Source: an uncultured Gammaproteobacteria bacterium
Lineage (GTDB): Bacteria > Pseudomonadota > Gammaproteobacteria > Poriferisulfidales > GCA-002705445
NCBI GenBank assembly: GCA_913065025.1
Contig: CAJYAP010000001.1
Span: forward strand, 49,545 to 113,544
Length of the DNA stretch: 64,000 bases
Reading direction: 5' to 3'
The notes beneath the pieces are model-generated. The model worked only from the letters and a program-made list of their open reading frames with translations, was not told the origin of the DNA and did no database searches. Positions 37,908 through 48,760 of the stretch are shown here, in pieces (the first letter of the stretch is position 1; every line of letters starts with the position of its first letter). The position numbers and the translations under genes were made by a program.

Positions 37908-39123
37908 CTTTTTTTAATCTAATTTTTAATATTATGTACCCTATAATACCAGATAAAATAGAACCAAAGAATATTCCTGATTTAGAATATTCTTGCCCGA
38001 AACTAGCTACAGCAGCACTCTCAGGGAAAGCTAACGCATTAATAAACAGACTCATTGTAAATCCTATACCGCAAAGAAATGATACACCTAAAATGTCATA
38101 TATAGTCATATTACTTGGTAAATTGCATAATTTAAATTTAATAGAAATATATGTTAGTAGCGTTATTCCTATAGGTTTACCAAGTAGTAATCCAAGCATT
38201 ATACCCATAGGCACTGTATTTGAAAGAGACGCAAAACTAATCGAGTTTAAATTAATATCTGCATTAAAAAATGCAAAAAGCGGAAGTATAATAAATCCAG
38301 AAAAAGTATGAAGTTTTTCTTCCAAGTATCTGAGAGGAGAGTGGTTGGTTTTTTTAACAGAAAAAGGAATAGTTGCTGCTAAAATTACTCCAGCAATAGT
38401 AGTATGAACCCCTGAATGTAAAATAAAGTACCAAAGAAATAACCCTAATAAAATATATATACTTATAATTCTTACGTTAAATAAATTAATTACCATTAGT
38501 ATTAAAAATGTTGCTAAAGCATAAAGTAAATATATGTATGATATTTCAGCAGTATAATAAAGTGCAATCACCATTACTGCACCTAAATCATCGATTATTG
38601 CCAATGATAATAAAAAGATTTTTAAGCTTACAGGAACTCTATTTCCTAAAACAGATAAAACTGCTAAGGAAAATGCTATATCAGTTGCAGTTGGTATAGC
38701 CCAACCAGCCATAGCTAACGGTTGGTCTTTATTAATAAATATATAAATTATTGCTGGAACAGCCATTCCTCCAACAGCAGCAATCCCAGGCAACAAAACT
38801 TTAGAGAAAGTGGATAATTGCCCATTTATCATTTCTCTCTTTAACTCAAGTCCAATCACGAAAAAAAATATAGCCATCAAACCATCGTTTACCCAGTGAT
38901 GAACGGTTTCTTTAATAATGAATTCATCTATCTTTATGGACAAATATGTATTTTTTACTGAATAATACAAGTTTGAAAAATCGCTATTAGATAATATTAT
39001 TGCCAATAAGCTAAATATTATAAGGAGCACCCCTGAAGATGATTCTGTTTTTAAAAATTTTCTAATAAAATTACTAGAGAAAATTTTAGAATTAAACTTA
39101 AGTGTTTCTTTATTTATTATCAT
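37891..39123 (-). CDS. nhaA: Na+/H+ antiporter NhaA
   Basis: 410 aa. NhaA signatures (FFF.IGLE.KRE, ..D.GA..VIA) and 12 TM helices. Confidence 0.85.
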   Translation of the reverse strand: MIINKETLKFNSKIFSSNFIRKFLKTESSSGVLLIIFSLLAIILSNSDFSNLYYSVKNTYLSIKIDEFIIKETVHHWVNDGLMAIFFFVIGLELKREMINGQLSTFSKVLLPGIAAVGGMAVPAIIYIFINKDQPLAMAGWAIPTATDIAFSLAVLSVLGNRVPVSLKIFLLSLAIIDDLGAVMVIALYYTAEISYIYLLYALATFLILMVINLFNVRIISIYILLGLFLWYFILHSGVHTTIAGVILAATIPFSVKKTNHSPLRYLEEKLHTFSGFIILPLFAFFNADINLNSISFASLSNTVPMGIMLGLLLGKPIGITLLTYISIKFKLCNLPSNMTIYDILGVSFLCGIGFTMSLFINALAFPESAAVASFGQEYSKSGIFFGSILSGIIGYIILKIRLKKDAEQE

Positions 39124-39186
39124 AATTCAGACATTATATGTAACTTATGTTAACTTTTGTAAAATAATTATAACAAAAATACTGAA

Positions 39187-41604
39187 ATGCAGGAAAATTA
39201 CAACCCAAAAAGCATAGAAAAAAAAATACAGAATGATTGGTATTCAAATAAAACTTTTGAAGTAAAAGAGGACTCAACCAAAGAAAAGTTTTATTGCTTG
39301 TCTATGTTTCCGTACCCTAGCGGAAATCTCCATATGGGGCATGTTAGAAACTATACTATTAGCGATGTTTTTGCAAGATATCACCGAATGCTTGGAAAAA
39401 ATGTTCTCCATCCGATTGGATGGGATGCATTTGGCCTTCCAGCAGAGAATGCTGCCATGGATAATAATTTGTCTCCAAAGGATTGGACTAATACAAATAT
39501 TCAAAATATGCGAGAACAACTTAAGTCTATAGGCTTTAGTTATGATTGGAGTAGAGAAATTTCAACCTGTTCAGAAAAATACTATAAATGGGAACAATGG
39601 TTTTTTATTGAGCTATTTAAAAAAAATCTTGTATATAAGAAAGAATCACTTGTTAATTGGGACCCTGTAGATAATACAGTTTTAGCTAACGAACAAGTTA
39701 TTGATGGCAAAGGCTGGAGATCTGGAGCCGATGTTGAAAAAAAGAAGATTTCTCAGTGGTTTTTAAAAACCTCTAGCTACTCAGATGACCTTTTAAAGGA
39801 TCTTGATGAATTGAAGGGTAATTGGCCTGATAACGTTATTACTATGCAAAAAAACTGGATAGGAGAATCTCATGGAGCAGAAGTTGTATTTGAAACATCT
39901 TTAAATATTGTAATTAATGTATTTACCACACGCCCAGACACTATTTTTGGCGTTACGTTTATCGCTATAGCTGCAGATCATGATTTTATAGAAACTTGTG
40001 ATAATAAAGTTAAAAGTTATAGCCAACATCTTTTAAAAAATGATAATGATAATAAGCGTGACAAAAATGACCCTAATGGGTTGTTTACAGGTATATACGC
40101 AACACACCCCATAACAAAAAAGTTAATTCCAGTTTGGGTTGCTAACTATGTCCTTACAGGCTATGGAACAGGTGCTGTTATGGGCGTCCCAGCACACGAT
40201 CAAAGAGACTACAATTTTGCGCATAAATATAATATTGATGTAATAAAGGTAATAGATAGTAAAAATTCAGATGAAGACGTTTATACAGGGCATGGTAAAA
40301 TAATTAACTCATTACATTTCAATGGTTTAGAAAGTAAACATTCATTAGAATCTATAATAAAATATATCGCAGAAAATAATTTTGGCAAGGCAGTAAAAAA
40401 TTACAAATTAAGAGATTGGGGAATATCTAGACAAAGGTATTGGGGTTGTCCAATACCAATTATATACAGAGAAGATGGCGAGGTTTTAGCTGTAGAACAA
40501 AGCGAACTTCCAATTAAACTTCCGGAAGATATTGATTTTTCAACAAGCGGAAACCCTTTAGAGAATCACCCTACATGGAAGCACACAAAATGTAGTAAGA
40601 CTGGATTAAAAGCGATAAGAGAAACAGATACATTAGATACATTTTTTGAATCAAGCTGGTATCAGTCTCGCTTTTGTAGTCCAGATAATACAAAAAAAAT
40701 GATAGGTGATGAGGCTAATTATTGGCTTCCAGTTGACATCTACATAGGTGGTATAGAACATGCTGTACTTCATTTACTGTACGCTAGATTTTTTCATAAG
40801 CTACTTAGAGATCATGGGATATTAAATTCAAACGAGCCTTTTAAAAAATTAATAACACAGGGAATGGTTTTAAAAGATGGATCTAAAATGTCCAAATCTA
40901 AAGGTAATACTATTGATCCAAAATTATTGATAGACAAATACGGAGCTGACACGGTAAGACTGTTTATTATTTTTGCTGCACCAGTAGAAAACTCACTTGA
41001 ATGGTCAGACCATGGAGTTGAAGGTTCTCATAAATTTTTGAATAGGCTATGGACTACAGGATATAAAATTAAAAATTTTACCAATGAAGTCAGAGATGTG
41101 AAAAATGAAGATGAGAAAAAATTAAAAATAATTACAAATAAAGCTATTGTGAAAATAACCGATGATTATGGCGAAAGAGCAAGTTTAAATACTGTTGTAT
41201 CAACGTGCATGGAAATGCTTAATAGTATAAATCAATCTATACAATCTAACTCAGTAAGCACCATCGCAATATTTGATGCGTACAAAGTATTAATATCACT
41301 ACTAATGCCAATAACACCTCACATATGTGAAGAGCTATTTAAAAATTTAGGACTAGCTTACGATAATACTTGTGTTACATGGCCTAAAGCTAACAAAGAC
41401 TTTATTAAAGACGATAATATGCTGATAATCATCCAAATAAATGGAAAAGTAAGAAAAAAAATTGATGTTAAATCCAATACATCTCAAGAAAAAATCGAGA
41501 AATATGTTTTATCTCTTGAAGATATTAAAAAATACACGAATAGTAAGGAAATAAAAAAAATAATTTATATAAAAGAAAAACTTGTTAATATAGTAGTAGA
41601 ATGA
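39187..41604 (+). CDS. leuS: Leucyl-tRNA synthetase
   Basis: HMGH ([15 protein letters not shown]) and KMSKS (KMSKSKGN) class-I motifs and a CP1 editing domain. 805 aa, shorter than the E. coli enzyme. Confidence 0.9.
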   Translation: MQENYNPKSIEKKIQNDWYSNKTFEVKEDSTKEKFYCLSMFPYPSGNLHMGHVRNYTISDVFARYHRMLGKNVLHPIGWDAFGLPAENAAMDNNLSPKDWTNTNIQNMREQLKSIGFSYDWSREISTCSEKYYKWEQWFFIELFKKNLVYKKESLVNWDPVDNTVLANEQVIDGKGWRSGADVEKKKISQWFLKTSSYSDDLLKDLDELKGNWPDNVITMQKNWIGESHGAEVVFETSLNIVINVFTTRPDTIFGVTFIAIAADHDFIETCDNKVKSYSQHLLKNDNDNKRDKNDPNGLFTGIYATHPITKKLIPVWVANYVLTGYGTGAVMGVPAHDQRDYNFAHKYNIDVIKVIDSKNSDEDVYTGHGKIINSLHFNGLESKHSLESIIKYIAENNFGKAVKNYKLRDWGISRQRYWGCPIPIIYREDGEVLAVEQSELPIKLPEDIDFSTSGNPLENHPTWKHTKCSKTGLKAIRETDTLDTFFESSWYQSRFCSPDNTKKMIGDEANYWLPVDIYIGGIEHAVLHLLYARFFHKLLRDHGILNSNEPFKKLITQGMVLKDGSKMSKSKGNTIDPKLLIDKYGADTVRLFIIFAAPVENSLEWSDHGVEGSHKFLNRLWTTGYKIKNFTNEVRDVKNEDEKKLKIITNKAIVKITDDYGERASLNTVVSTCMEMLNSINQSIQSNSVSTIAIFDAYKVLISLLMPITPHICEELFKNLGLAYDNTCVTWPKANKDFIKDDNMLIIIQINGKVRKKIDVKSNTSQEKIEKYVLSLEDIKKYTNSKEIKKIIYIKEKLVNIVVE

Positions 41605-42083
41605 AATTATTAAAAAGAATCACCACTATGTGTTTACTCTTGTCTATAGCCTTGCTTCAGGGTTGCGGTTATAAGTTGGGAGGTTTAGAATCAATCGGTG
41701 ATAATTCATCTAAAACCGCATCAATAAAACTTATCTCACCAAAATCTTTAAAACAGAAATTTGTTAACGCTGGCTTTAAATTAGATGAAAATAAATTTGA
41801 ATTTTTAGTCGAAGTAGAAGGACCATTTCAAAAGAAAGAGACTTCGTCGATAACTAGTTCAGCTACAGAAAGAGAATTCACGCTTACAGTAACAATGATC
41901 GTATCCGTTACTAATGACGCCGGAAAAGTCTTAATTGATAGAAAATACTTATCTAAATCAAGAGATCATACATTTTCATCATCAACAATTAATAGTTCTG
42001 AAAGTGAAGAAAATATTATCAACGGTGAAATTAATAAATCTTTAGAAGTTGATATTATTAATATATTGCGAAGTGTAATTTAA
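41601..42083 (+). CDS. lptE: LPS-assembly lipoprotein LptE (RlpB)
   Basis: 160 aa. Lipobox LLQGC followed by GYKLGG. Conserved position immediately after leuS; start overlaps the leuS stop. Confidence 0.6.
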   Translation: MKLLKRITTMCLLLSIALLQGCGYKLGGLESIGDNSSKTASIKLISPKSLKQKFVNAGFKLDENKFEFLVEVEGPFQKKETSSITSSATEREFTLTVTMIVSVTNDAGKVLIDRKYLSKSRDHTFSSSTINSSESEENIINGEINKSLEVDIINILRSVI

Positions 42084-42094
42084 AATTTAATGCA

Positions 42095-42790
42095 TCAGTT
42101 TTTTGGTGATAAAAACTCTCTATATAAATAACCAATTAATGATGTGCTAAGTATTGTGAAAAATATTTGAAGAAATATTGAAATTAATAAAAAAACTTCT
42201 TTAAACTCATAAAATTCTGAATAATAGGAAATAGCTATATTTATTAGCAAATACGGGATTACGATTAAAATATAAAAAAAATAAATTTTCAAAGATTTTC
42301 CTCTTGTTAAATTATACGAATCTTTAAGATTTTTTTTTATATTACAAGCTGCCGCTGGAAGTATAAACATAATTCTTGAATAAATATAAATCATGTATAT
42401 AAGAAACGCATATAAATATAATGTTATTTTTGATATTTCTTCAGGAAAAAAAGGAGATAATATTATAATGTGTAATATATAGATACCAATAACGCTTGCT
42501 AGTAAATAAAATATTCTGTTCAAAAAAAGCTTTGTATAATTATTATTTAATATTTCAAAATAATTATTACCTATTCCTTTATCTAAAATAATATTTCTAA
42601 AAATATTTACAACTACTGGCGCTGAAATAATTAAATAACCAATAAAAAAAAGTAGTACCAAAAAAACATTTTGAGCGAGCATAACTAGAAATTGACTTAG
42701 TATTAGATATACGAGTAATGGAGTATAATTTTTCCATGATATTTTTATAAAATAAAAAGTATATAAAAGTGATTTTAAAACTATTCTCAT
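42095..42790 (-). CDS. Hypothetical polytopic membrane protein
   Basis: 231 aa with about 6 TM helices and no recognisable motif. Overlaps the start of the upstream dehydrogenase gene by 4 nt, so probably the same operon. Confidence 0.35.
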   Translation of the reverse strand: MRIVLKSLLYTFYFIKISWKNYTPLLVYLILSQFLVMLAQNVFLVLLFFIGYLIISAPVVVNIFRNIILDKGIGNNYFEILNNNYTKLFLNRIFYLLASVIGIYILHIIILSPFFPEEISKITLYLYAFLIYMIYIYSRIMFILPAAACNIKKNLKDSYNLTRGKSLKIYFFYILIVIPYLLINIAISYYSEFYEFKEVFLLISIFLQIFFTILSTSLIGYLYREFLSPKN

Positions 42791-43671
42791 TTATTTTTTT
42801 CTTTCACTGTTAAGTAGTATGATGAAGAGTCTTTTTCACTATGACCATTTTTATTACATTCATTCATGTATTGTGTCACTAAATTCGTTCCTTTTAAATT
42901 AAGTTTCTTTTTTACAGAAATACCTCGTGCAATTCTAAGGTCCTTCGCATGAAGTTTAGTTTTAAATCCTGGCTTATAATTTTTATTTAATATTCTTTCT
43001 CCATGTGTCTCCAGAGCTTTACTTTTAGCAAATCCACCTAACAATGCCTCGCGAACATTTTTTTTATTTACCTTAAATTTGTCTGCAATTATAAAAGCTT
43101 CGCTGATAGCATGAACTGTTTGGGCAACTATAATTTGATTACAAGCTTTCGCTACTTGTCCTGACCCGGATCCCCCGATATGGGTAATTTTTTCACCGAG
43201 TATTCTAAATATCGGCATTATCTTTGTTACAATATTTTTTTTACCCCCGATCATAATTGATAATTTTCCTTCTATAGCGCCAATTTCTCCTCCAGAAACG
43301 GGTGCATCAATAAGTGATATTTTATTCTTTTGCAGAACTTTTGAGATATTAATCGTTTCAATTGGGCATATTGTACTCATATCGATAATTATTGATGGTT
43401 TATTTTTTTTCGCAATCAGGCCATCCTTTCCTATTAAAAGTTGTTTTACATCACTTGTTTCAGATACAACAAGAATTAAAATATCTATTTCACTATAGAA
43501 GTCATCAATACTATGAATAATTTTTATTCTATTTTTTTTTATAAAGCTGTGATTGTTTTTGTTACGTACATAGCTGTATACGTCATATTTAGACTTAATA
43601 AGGTTTTTTGCCATTGGTAAACCCATAATTCCTGTGCCAATAAAACCAATTTTTGTTTTTTTACTAATCAT
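42787..43671 (-). CDS. NAD(P)-dependent 3-hydroxyisobutyrate-dehydrogenase-family oxidoreductase (HIBADH/GarR-like)
   Basis: 294 aa. N-terminal Rossmann motif IGFIGTGIMGLPMAKNL plus the HIBADH-family catalytic region (DAPVSGG, GSGQ..K..NQ). Confidence 0.7.
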   Translation of the reverse strand: MISKKTKIGFIGTGIMGLPMAKNLIKSKYDVYSYVRNKNNHSFIKKNRIKIIHSIDDFYSEIDILILVVSETSDVKQLLIGKDGLIAKKNKPSIIIDMSTICPIETINISKVLQKNKISLIDAPVSGGEIGAIEGKLSIMIGGKKNIVTKIMPIFRILGEKITHIGGSGSGQVAKACNQIIVAQTVHAISEAFIIADKFKVNKKNVREALLGGFAKSKALETHGERILNKNYKPGFKTKLHAKDLRIARGISVKKKLNLKGTNLVTQYMNECNKNGHSEKDSSSYYLTVKEKNK

Positions 43672-43718
43672 ATATAAAATAATTTTAGTTTAATGTTTAA
43701 TAGGTTAATATAATTAAA

Positions 43719-44747
43719 ATGCAAATATATTACAATCAATTAGATGCTAAATTAAAAGATAATATAATGCCTATCTATATAATTGCTGGTAATGAGATAT
43801 ATCAAGAAGAAGTATGTATTGAAAAAATTTTAAAAAAAGCGCAAGAAGCTGATTTTCATGATCATGAAGTTATTTATGTAGAAAAAACTTTCGATTGGGA
43901 TAACCTCAGTTCTATAAATTCAAATCTATCGCTTTTTGCTAATAAAAAAATTATAGAGCTACGATTTCTTACAAAAAGTGTTGGCTTGAATGCTGAGAAA
44001 AAAATCTTAGAAATGATAGATAATTTTTCTTCTGATAATATTTTAATTTTTAGACTTCCTGAACTAAAAGCTGCAGATTTTAAAAAAAAATACTTAGGCA
44101 TTAAGAGTGATAATGTTGGCTTGATAAGACTATTTCCTTTAACAAAGAAAAATATGATAGATGAATTAAATATTTCTTCAAAAAAATTAAATTATAAAAT
44201 TAATTCAAACTGCATCAACTTTATTTCAGATTTATATGAAGGTAATATGATATCTGCAAATCAAGCACTTATTAAACTAGATTTGATGATTAAAGATAAC
44301 GAGGATATTAACCTTGAATTTCTAAAGAAAGTTTTTTCAAAAGATGTTGACTTTGAGGCAAGCAATCTTGTAGATTATGCAATCGAGGGTAATCTTACTA
44401 AGATCAATACATGTGTTAACTTCCTTAAAGAGAATAATTATCCAACTCAATATATTATATGGTCATTTATTAGGTCTTTCAGAGCTATTTTATTTAATCT
44501 TGATTCTTTAGCTAATGGAAAAACTAAAGAAGATATATTAAGAAATATATGGCCTTACGAGAGAAAAAATTTGATGTCATTTTCTTTAAAGAAGCTTTCG
44601 CAAAAAAAGATCGAAGCTTACCTTGGAATTCTTGTAAGAATTGATATGCAATCAAAAAATGTACTTGATGGTAATATATGGGATTCAATACAGGACTTAT
44701 CTATTTCCGTAGCAAAAAATAAACTTTCAGTTATCAAATATACTTAA
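43719..44747 (+). CDS. holA: DNA polymerase III delta subunit
   Basis: 342 aa, delta-subunit N-terminal domain pattern (IYIIAGNE..Y). Expected neighbour of the leuS-lptE block. Confidence 0.7.
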   Translation: MQIYYNQLDAKLKDNIMPIYIIAGNEIYQEEVCIEKILKKAQEADFHDHEVIYVEKTFDWDNLSSINSNLSLFANKKIIELRFLTKSVGLNAEKKILEMIDNFSSDNILIFRLPELKAADFKKKYLGIKSDNVGLIRLFPLTKKNMIDELNISSKKLNYKINSNCINFISDLYEGNMISANQALIKLDLMIKDNEDINLEFLKKVFSKDVDFEASNLVDYAIEGNLTKINTCVNFLKENNYPTQYIIWSFIRSFRAILFNLDSLANGKTKEDILRNIWPYERKNLMSFSLKKLSQKKIEAYLGILVRIDMQSKNVLDGNIWDSIQDLSISVAKNKLSVIKYT

Positions 44748-44753
44748 TATAAT

Positions 44754-46016
44754 GTGTTTATGAAAATTAAAGAATATGTAAAAAATATATGTGTTAATGC
44801 TAAATCCTCTTCCCAAGAAATTTCTTGTCTGTCAGAAAGCGAAAAAAACACCATTTTAGAGTCATTAATTGATGAGATTAATTTATATAGAAATAAGATT
44901 AAAGATTCAAATACTAATGATATCGAGTGTCTCAAAACAACTGACAATTTTAATAATGCTTTTGTCGATAGATTATTGATAGATGATCTAAGAATTGACT
45001 CTATGATTAGCAGCATTAAAGAAATTATAGAATTTAAAGATCCAGTTGGACAGATAAAGGATATCGAGTTAATGCCTAGTGGCATTAAAGTTGGCAAAAT
45101 GTCTATGCCATTAGGTGTAATTGCTATGATTTATGAATCAAGACCCAATGTAACAATTGATGCATCAGCGTTATGCATTAAATCAGGTAATTCCATTATA
45201 TTAAGAGGTGGTTCTGAATCCATTAATACAAATATAGTTTTATCAGAGTGTATAAAAAATGCCTTAGTTAAGAATAATGTAAGTGAAAATATTGTTCAAT
45301 TAATTGATAAAACTGATAGAGATATTGTTAATGAATTATTAGTTCAAAATAAATATATAGATATTGTCATACCAAGGGGAGGAAAGAATTTAATTAAACT
45401 CGTTGACGAGCTAGCGTCAATTCCTGTTCTTAAGCACTTAGACGGTATTTGTCATGTTTTTGTGGACCAACATGCCGATATAAGCAAGGCGTTAAAAATA
45501 GCTGTTAATTCTAAAACACAAAGGACAGGAGTTTGTAATGCAATGGAAACATTAATAGTAGATTTTCATATAGCTAAAGAGTTCTTGCCTTTATTAGCTA
45601 AGGAATTAAAAACTCATAATGTTGAATTAAGAGGCTGTAAAAATACAAAGAGTATTTTAAATCAAGTAAAGCAAGCTTCTGAATTAGATTGGAGCACAGA
45701 GTATTTAGATTCAATTTTATCGATAATAGTTTTAGATGGATGTTCTGAAGCTATCAAACATATTTCAAAGTATGGCTCAGGACATACAGATGTTATAGTA
45801 ACCGAAAATAAAGAAACAGCAGCTATGTTTTTAAGAAATATAGATTCTAGCTCGGTAATGCATAATGCCTCATCAAGATTTGCAGATGGATTTGAATATG
45901 GCTTGGGTGCAGAAATTGGAATTAGCACAAATAAACTCCATGCAAGAGGCCCCGTTGGAATTGAGGGTCTTACGAATGAAAAATTTATTGTTTTAGGTGA
46001 CGGAAACATAAGGTAA
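44754..46016 (+). CDS. proA: Gamma-glutamyl phosphate reductase
   Basis: 420 aa. Aldehyde-dehydrogenase-like fold with catalytic Cys context (TGVCNAMETLIV) and the C-terminal ...SSRFADG..YGLGAEIGIST. Confidence 0.85.
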   Translation: MFMKIKEYVKNICVNAKSSSQEISCLSESEKNTILESLIDEINLYRNKIKDSNTNDIECLKTTDNFNNAFVDRLLIDDLRIDSMISSIKEIIEFKDPVGQIKDIELMPSGIKVGKMSMPLGVIAMIYESRPNVTIDASALCIKSGNSIILRGGSESINTNIVLSECIKNALVKNNVSENIVQLIDKTDRDIVNELLVQNKYIDIVIPRGGKNLIKLVDELASIPVLKHLDGICHVFVDQHADISKALKIAVNSKTQRTGVCNAMETLIVDFHIAKEFLPLLAKELKTHNVELRGCKNTKSILNQVKQASELDWSTEYLDSILSIIVLDGCSEAIKHISKYGSGHTDVIVTENKETAAMFLRNIDSSSVMHNASSRFADGFEYGLGAEIGISTNKLHARGPVGIEGLTNEKFIVLGDGNIR

Positions 46017-46020
46017 TTTA

Positions 46021-47125
46021 ATGGCTAAAACTGACAATGATTACGAATCCCAAATTTCCAAAATTGGGAATCAAATAGATGAGATCAGGAGGTTTCTTTG
46101 ACATTGAGTCAAAGAAAGGAGAAATCATTAAGCTTAATGAGTCATTACAGGATGAAAATATTTGGTCTGACAGAGAAAAATCTTTATCTATTTCAAAACA
46201 AAAATCTGTTTTAGAAAAAGAATTGAATGAATTTAATGCAATATCCTCTGATTTTATTCAACTTAAAGAATTCAAAGAGCTTTATGATGATGACCAATCG
46301 CTAGAATTAGCAGAATATTTAAATACTGAAATTAAAAAAATGAATCTTTCAGTTCAAAAATTATCCTTTATTAAAATTTTTAGCGGAAAATCTGATGATT
46401 GTAATGCTTTTCTTGATATACAGTCTGGCTCAGGCGGAACAGAAGCCCAAGATTGGGCTGAGATACTCTTAAGAATGTATTCAAGATGGGGTGAAAAACA
46501 TGATTTTGATATCGAAACTATAGATATAACTAGTGGAGAAGTAGCTGGAATAAAAAGTGCTACACTTAAATTTAATGGTAAATATGCCTTTGGTTGGTTA
46601 AGAACAGAAACTGGAGTACATAGATTAGTAAGAAAATCTCCTTTTGATTCAGGTAGTAGAAGACATACATCTTTTGCTTCAGTATTTGTTTCGCCAGAAA
46701 TAAATGATGATATTGAGATAGATATAGACCCAAGCGATCTAAGAATTGATGTATTTAGAGCAAGTGGTGCTGGCGGGCAGCATGTAAATAAAACTGAATC
46801 TGCTGTTAGAATTACGCATATAAAATCTGGAGTAGTAACTCAATGTCAAAATGGTAGGTCTCAACACAAGAACAAAGATACCGCAATGAAGCAGCTTAAA
46901 GCAAAGCTGTATGAAATAGAAATGCAAAAAAAAAGAAATGAACAGGACAATATAGAGAATGAAAAAGCTGACATAGGATGGGGCAGCCAGATAAGGTCAT
47001 ATGTTTTAGATCAATCAAGAATAAAAGATTTAAGAACAAATATAGAAACAAGCAATACGCAATCAGTTTTAGATGGTAATATTGATTTATTTATAGAAGC
47101 AAGTTTAAAAAAAGGTGAAAAATAA
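46021..47125 (+). CDS. prfB: Peptide chain release factor 2, with programmed +1 ribosomal frameshift (join 46021..46098, 46100..47125)
   Basis: Frame 1: ATG 46021 ... AGG AGG TTT CTT TGA C (MAKTDNDYESQISKIGNQIDEIRRFL*). The canonical CUU-UGA-C shift site with an upstream AGGAGG SD-like element is at 46087-46102. Frame +1 continues DIESKK... through GGQ (SGAGGQHVN) to the stop at 47125. Confidence 0.9.
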
Positions 47126-48609
47126 TGGAAGATAAAAAAAATGATTCTCACAGACTAATTTTAGAAAGAAGAAAAAAATTAGATATTCTTAAGGAATCTG
47201 GAAATAATTATTTAAATAACTTTTCAGGAAATATAAGTTGTAGGGAAATTAAAAAAATATCTGAAAATGAAAATGAAAATGTTATTGGTAATGATAGTAA
47301 AAAATTTATCGTCATGGGTCGAATGATGTCTAAAAGAATTATGGGTAGATCAAGTTTTGCAAATATTAAAGATGAATCTGGCTCAATCCAATTTTATATT
47401 GATAAAAAAATATTTTCAGAAGATCAGTTTAATATTTTCAAAAATTCAGATATTGGAGATATTATTTATGTTGAAGGACATATTTTTAAAACCAAGACTG
47501 AAGAGTTAACAATATTTGCCAGTGATTTTAATGTGGTTACAAAATCACTGAGACCTTTGCCAGAAAAGTTTCATGGCTTATCTGATCAAGAAACTAAATA
47601 CAGAAAAAGATACCTAGATTTAATTTGTAATAAAGATAGTTGGGATACATTTAATGATAGATTTAAAATAATTAAGTCAGTAAGAAATTACTTTGACAAT
47701 AAGGGTTTTATTGAAGTTGAAACTCCAATGATGCAAAAAATTCCTGGGGGTGCATCCGCAAGGCCTTTTGTAACTCACCATAACACCTTAGATATAGATT
47801 TATTTATGCGTATTGCTCCGGAGCTATATCTTAAAAGATTAATAATTGGGGGATTCGAAAAAATTTATGAAATAAATAGAAACTTTAGAAACGAGGGTGT
47901 TTCATCTAAACATAATCCTGAATTTACAATGATCGAGTTCTATCAAACATATTGCAATTATAATGATATGATGAACATTACTGAAGATCTATTGAGACAC
48001 GTTGTTAATGATGTAAAGGGCACTTATTTAATAAATTATCAAGGGCAAGATTTAGATTTTGGAAAACCCTTTAAAAGAATAACTCTAAAGGATTCAATTT
48101 TAGATTATGAGCCAAAACTAAGTAAAGCCGATATTGATGATTCTGAAAAAATCACTAGTTATTGCAAAAAAGAAAATATTGATATTACTGGTTACTCTTC
48201 ATTAGGTGAGATTCAGTTTGCAATTTTTGAAAAAACTGTAGAACCAAATCTTATTGAGCCGACTTTCATTACTGAGTACCCAATTGAAGTTTCCCCATTA
48301 GCTAGAGTCAATAATGAAAACTCACTTATAGCAGATAGATTTGAATTTTTTATTATGGGTAAAGAAATTGCAAATGGCTTTTCAGAACTAAATGATCCTG
48401 ATGATCAGAGAAAAAGATTTGAAAATCAAGCTGCTCTAAAAGAGGGAGGTGATGATGAGGCAATGTATTTCGATGATGACTATATTGAAGCTTTAGAATA
48501 TGGGATGCCGCCAACAGCTGGTGAAGGTATTGGCATAGATAGACTTGTTATGATTTTAACTGACTCACCATCAATTAGAGACGTATTACTATTTCCTCTA
48601 ATGCGTTAA
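47125..48609 (+). CDS. lysS: Lysyl-tRNA synthetase (class II)
   Basis: 494 aa. OB anticodon-binding domain and class-II motifs 1-3 (..FRNEG.., ..GGF.R..EI.., GxGxGxDR: GEGIGIDRLVM). Start overlaps the prfB stop. prfB-lysS operon as in E. coli. Confidence 0.9.
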   Translation: MEDKKNDSHRLILERRKKLDILKESGNNYLNNFSGNISCREIKKISENENENVIGNDSKKFIVMGRMMSKRIMGRSSFANIKDESGSIQFYIDKKIFSEDQFNIFKNSDIGDIIYVEGHIFKTKTEELTIFASDFNVVTKSLRPLPEKFHGLSDQETKYRKRYLDLICNKDSWDTFNDRFKIIKSVRNYFDNKGFIEVETPMMQKIPGGASARPFVTHHNTLDIDLFMRIAPELYLKRLIIGGFEKIYEINRNFRNEGVSSKHNPEFTMIEFYQTYCNYNDMMNITEDLLRHVVNDVKGTYLINYQGQDLDFGKPFKRITLKDSILDYEPKLSKADIDDSEKITSYCKKENIDITGYSSLGEIQFAIFEKTVEPNLIEPTFITEYPIEVSPLARVNNENSLIADRFEFFIMGKEIANGFSELNDPDDQRKRFENQAALKEGGDDEAMYFDDDYIEALEYGMPPTAGEGIGIDRLVMILTDSPSIRDVLLFPLMR

Positions 48610-48615
48610 CTATTA

Positions 48616-48759
48616 GAAGCCTAGAAAAGCTAAAATAATTAATATAACAAATAAAATAAATAAAAAAATAATAGGACCAAGCATTTCTTTATTTTTTTGA
48701 TTAATATAAATAAATAATAATAAGATTATTACTAGTATTATTATTAAATATTTAATCAT
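48616..48759 (-). CDS. Possible 47-aa small membrane protein (MIKYLIIILVIILLLFIYINQKNKEMLGPIIFLFILFVILIILAFLGF)
   Basis: Translated by hand from the minus strand of the lysS/ygfZ convergent spacer. Two hydrophobic helices. Could be chance in AT-rich DNA, and no RBS was evaluated. Confidence 0.15.
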
Positions 48760-48760
48760 C

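Noticed and set aside
47266-47283. GAAAAT x3 tandem repeat
   Set aside because: It lies in-frame inside lysS and simply encodes ENENEN. Too short and unique to be a VNTR or regulatory repeat.
48610-48650. Possible terminator hairpin after lysS
   Set aside because: The sequence TAGAAGCCTAGAAAAGCTA is not self-complementary enough to form a stable stem.
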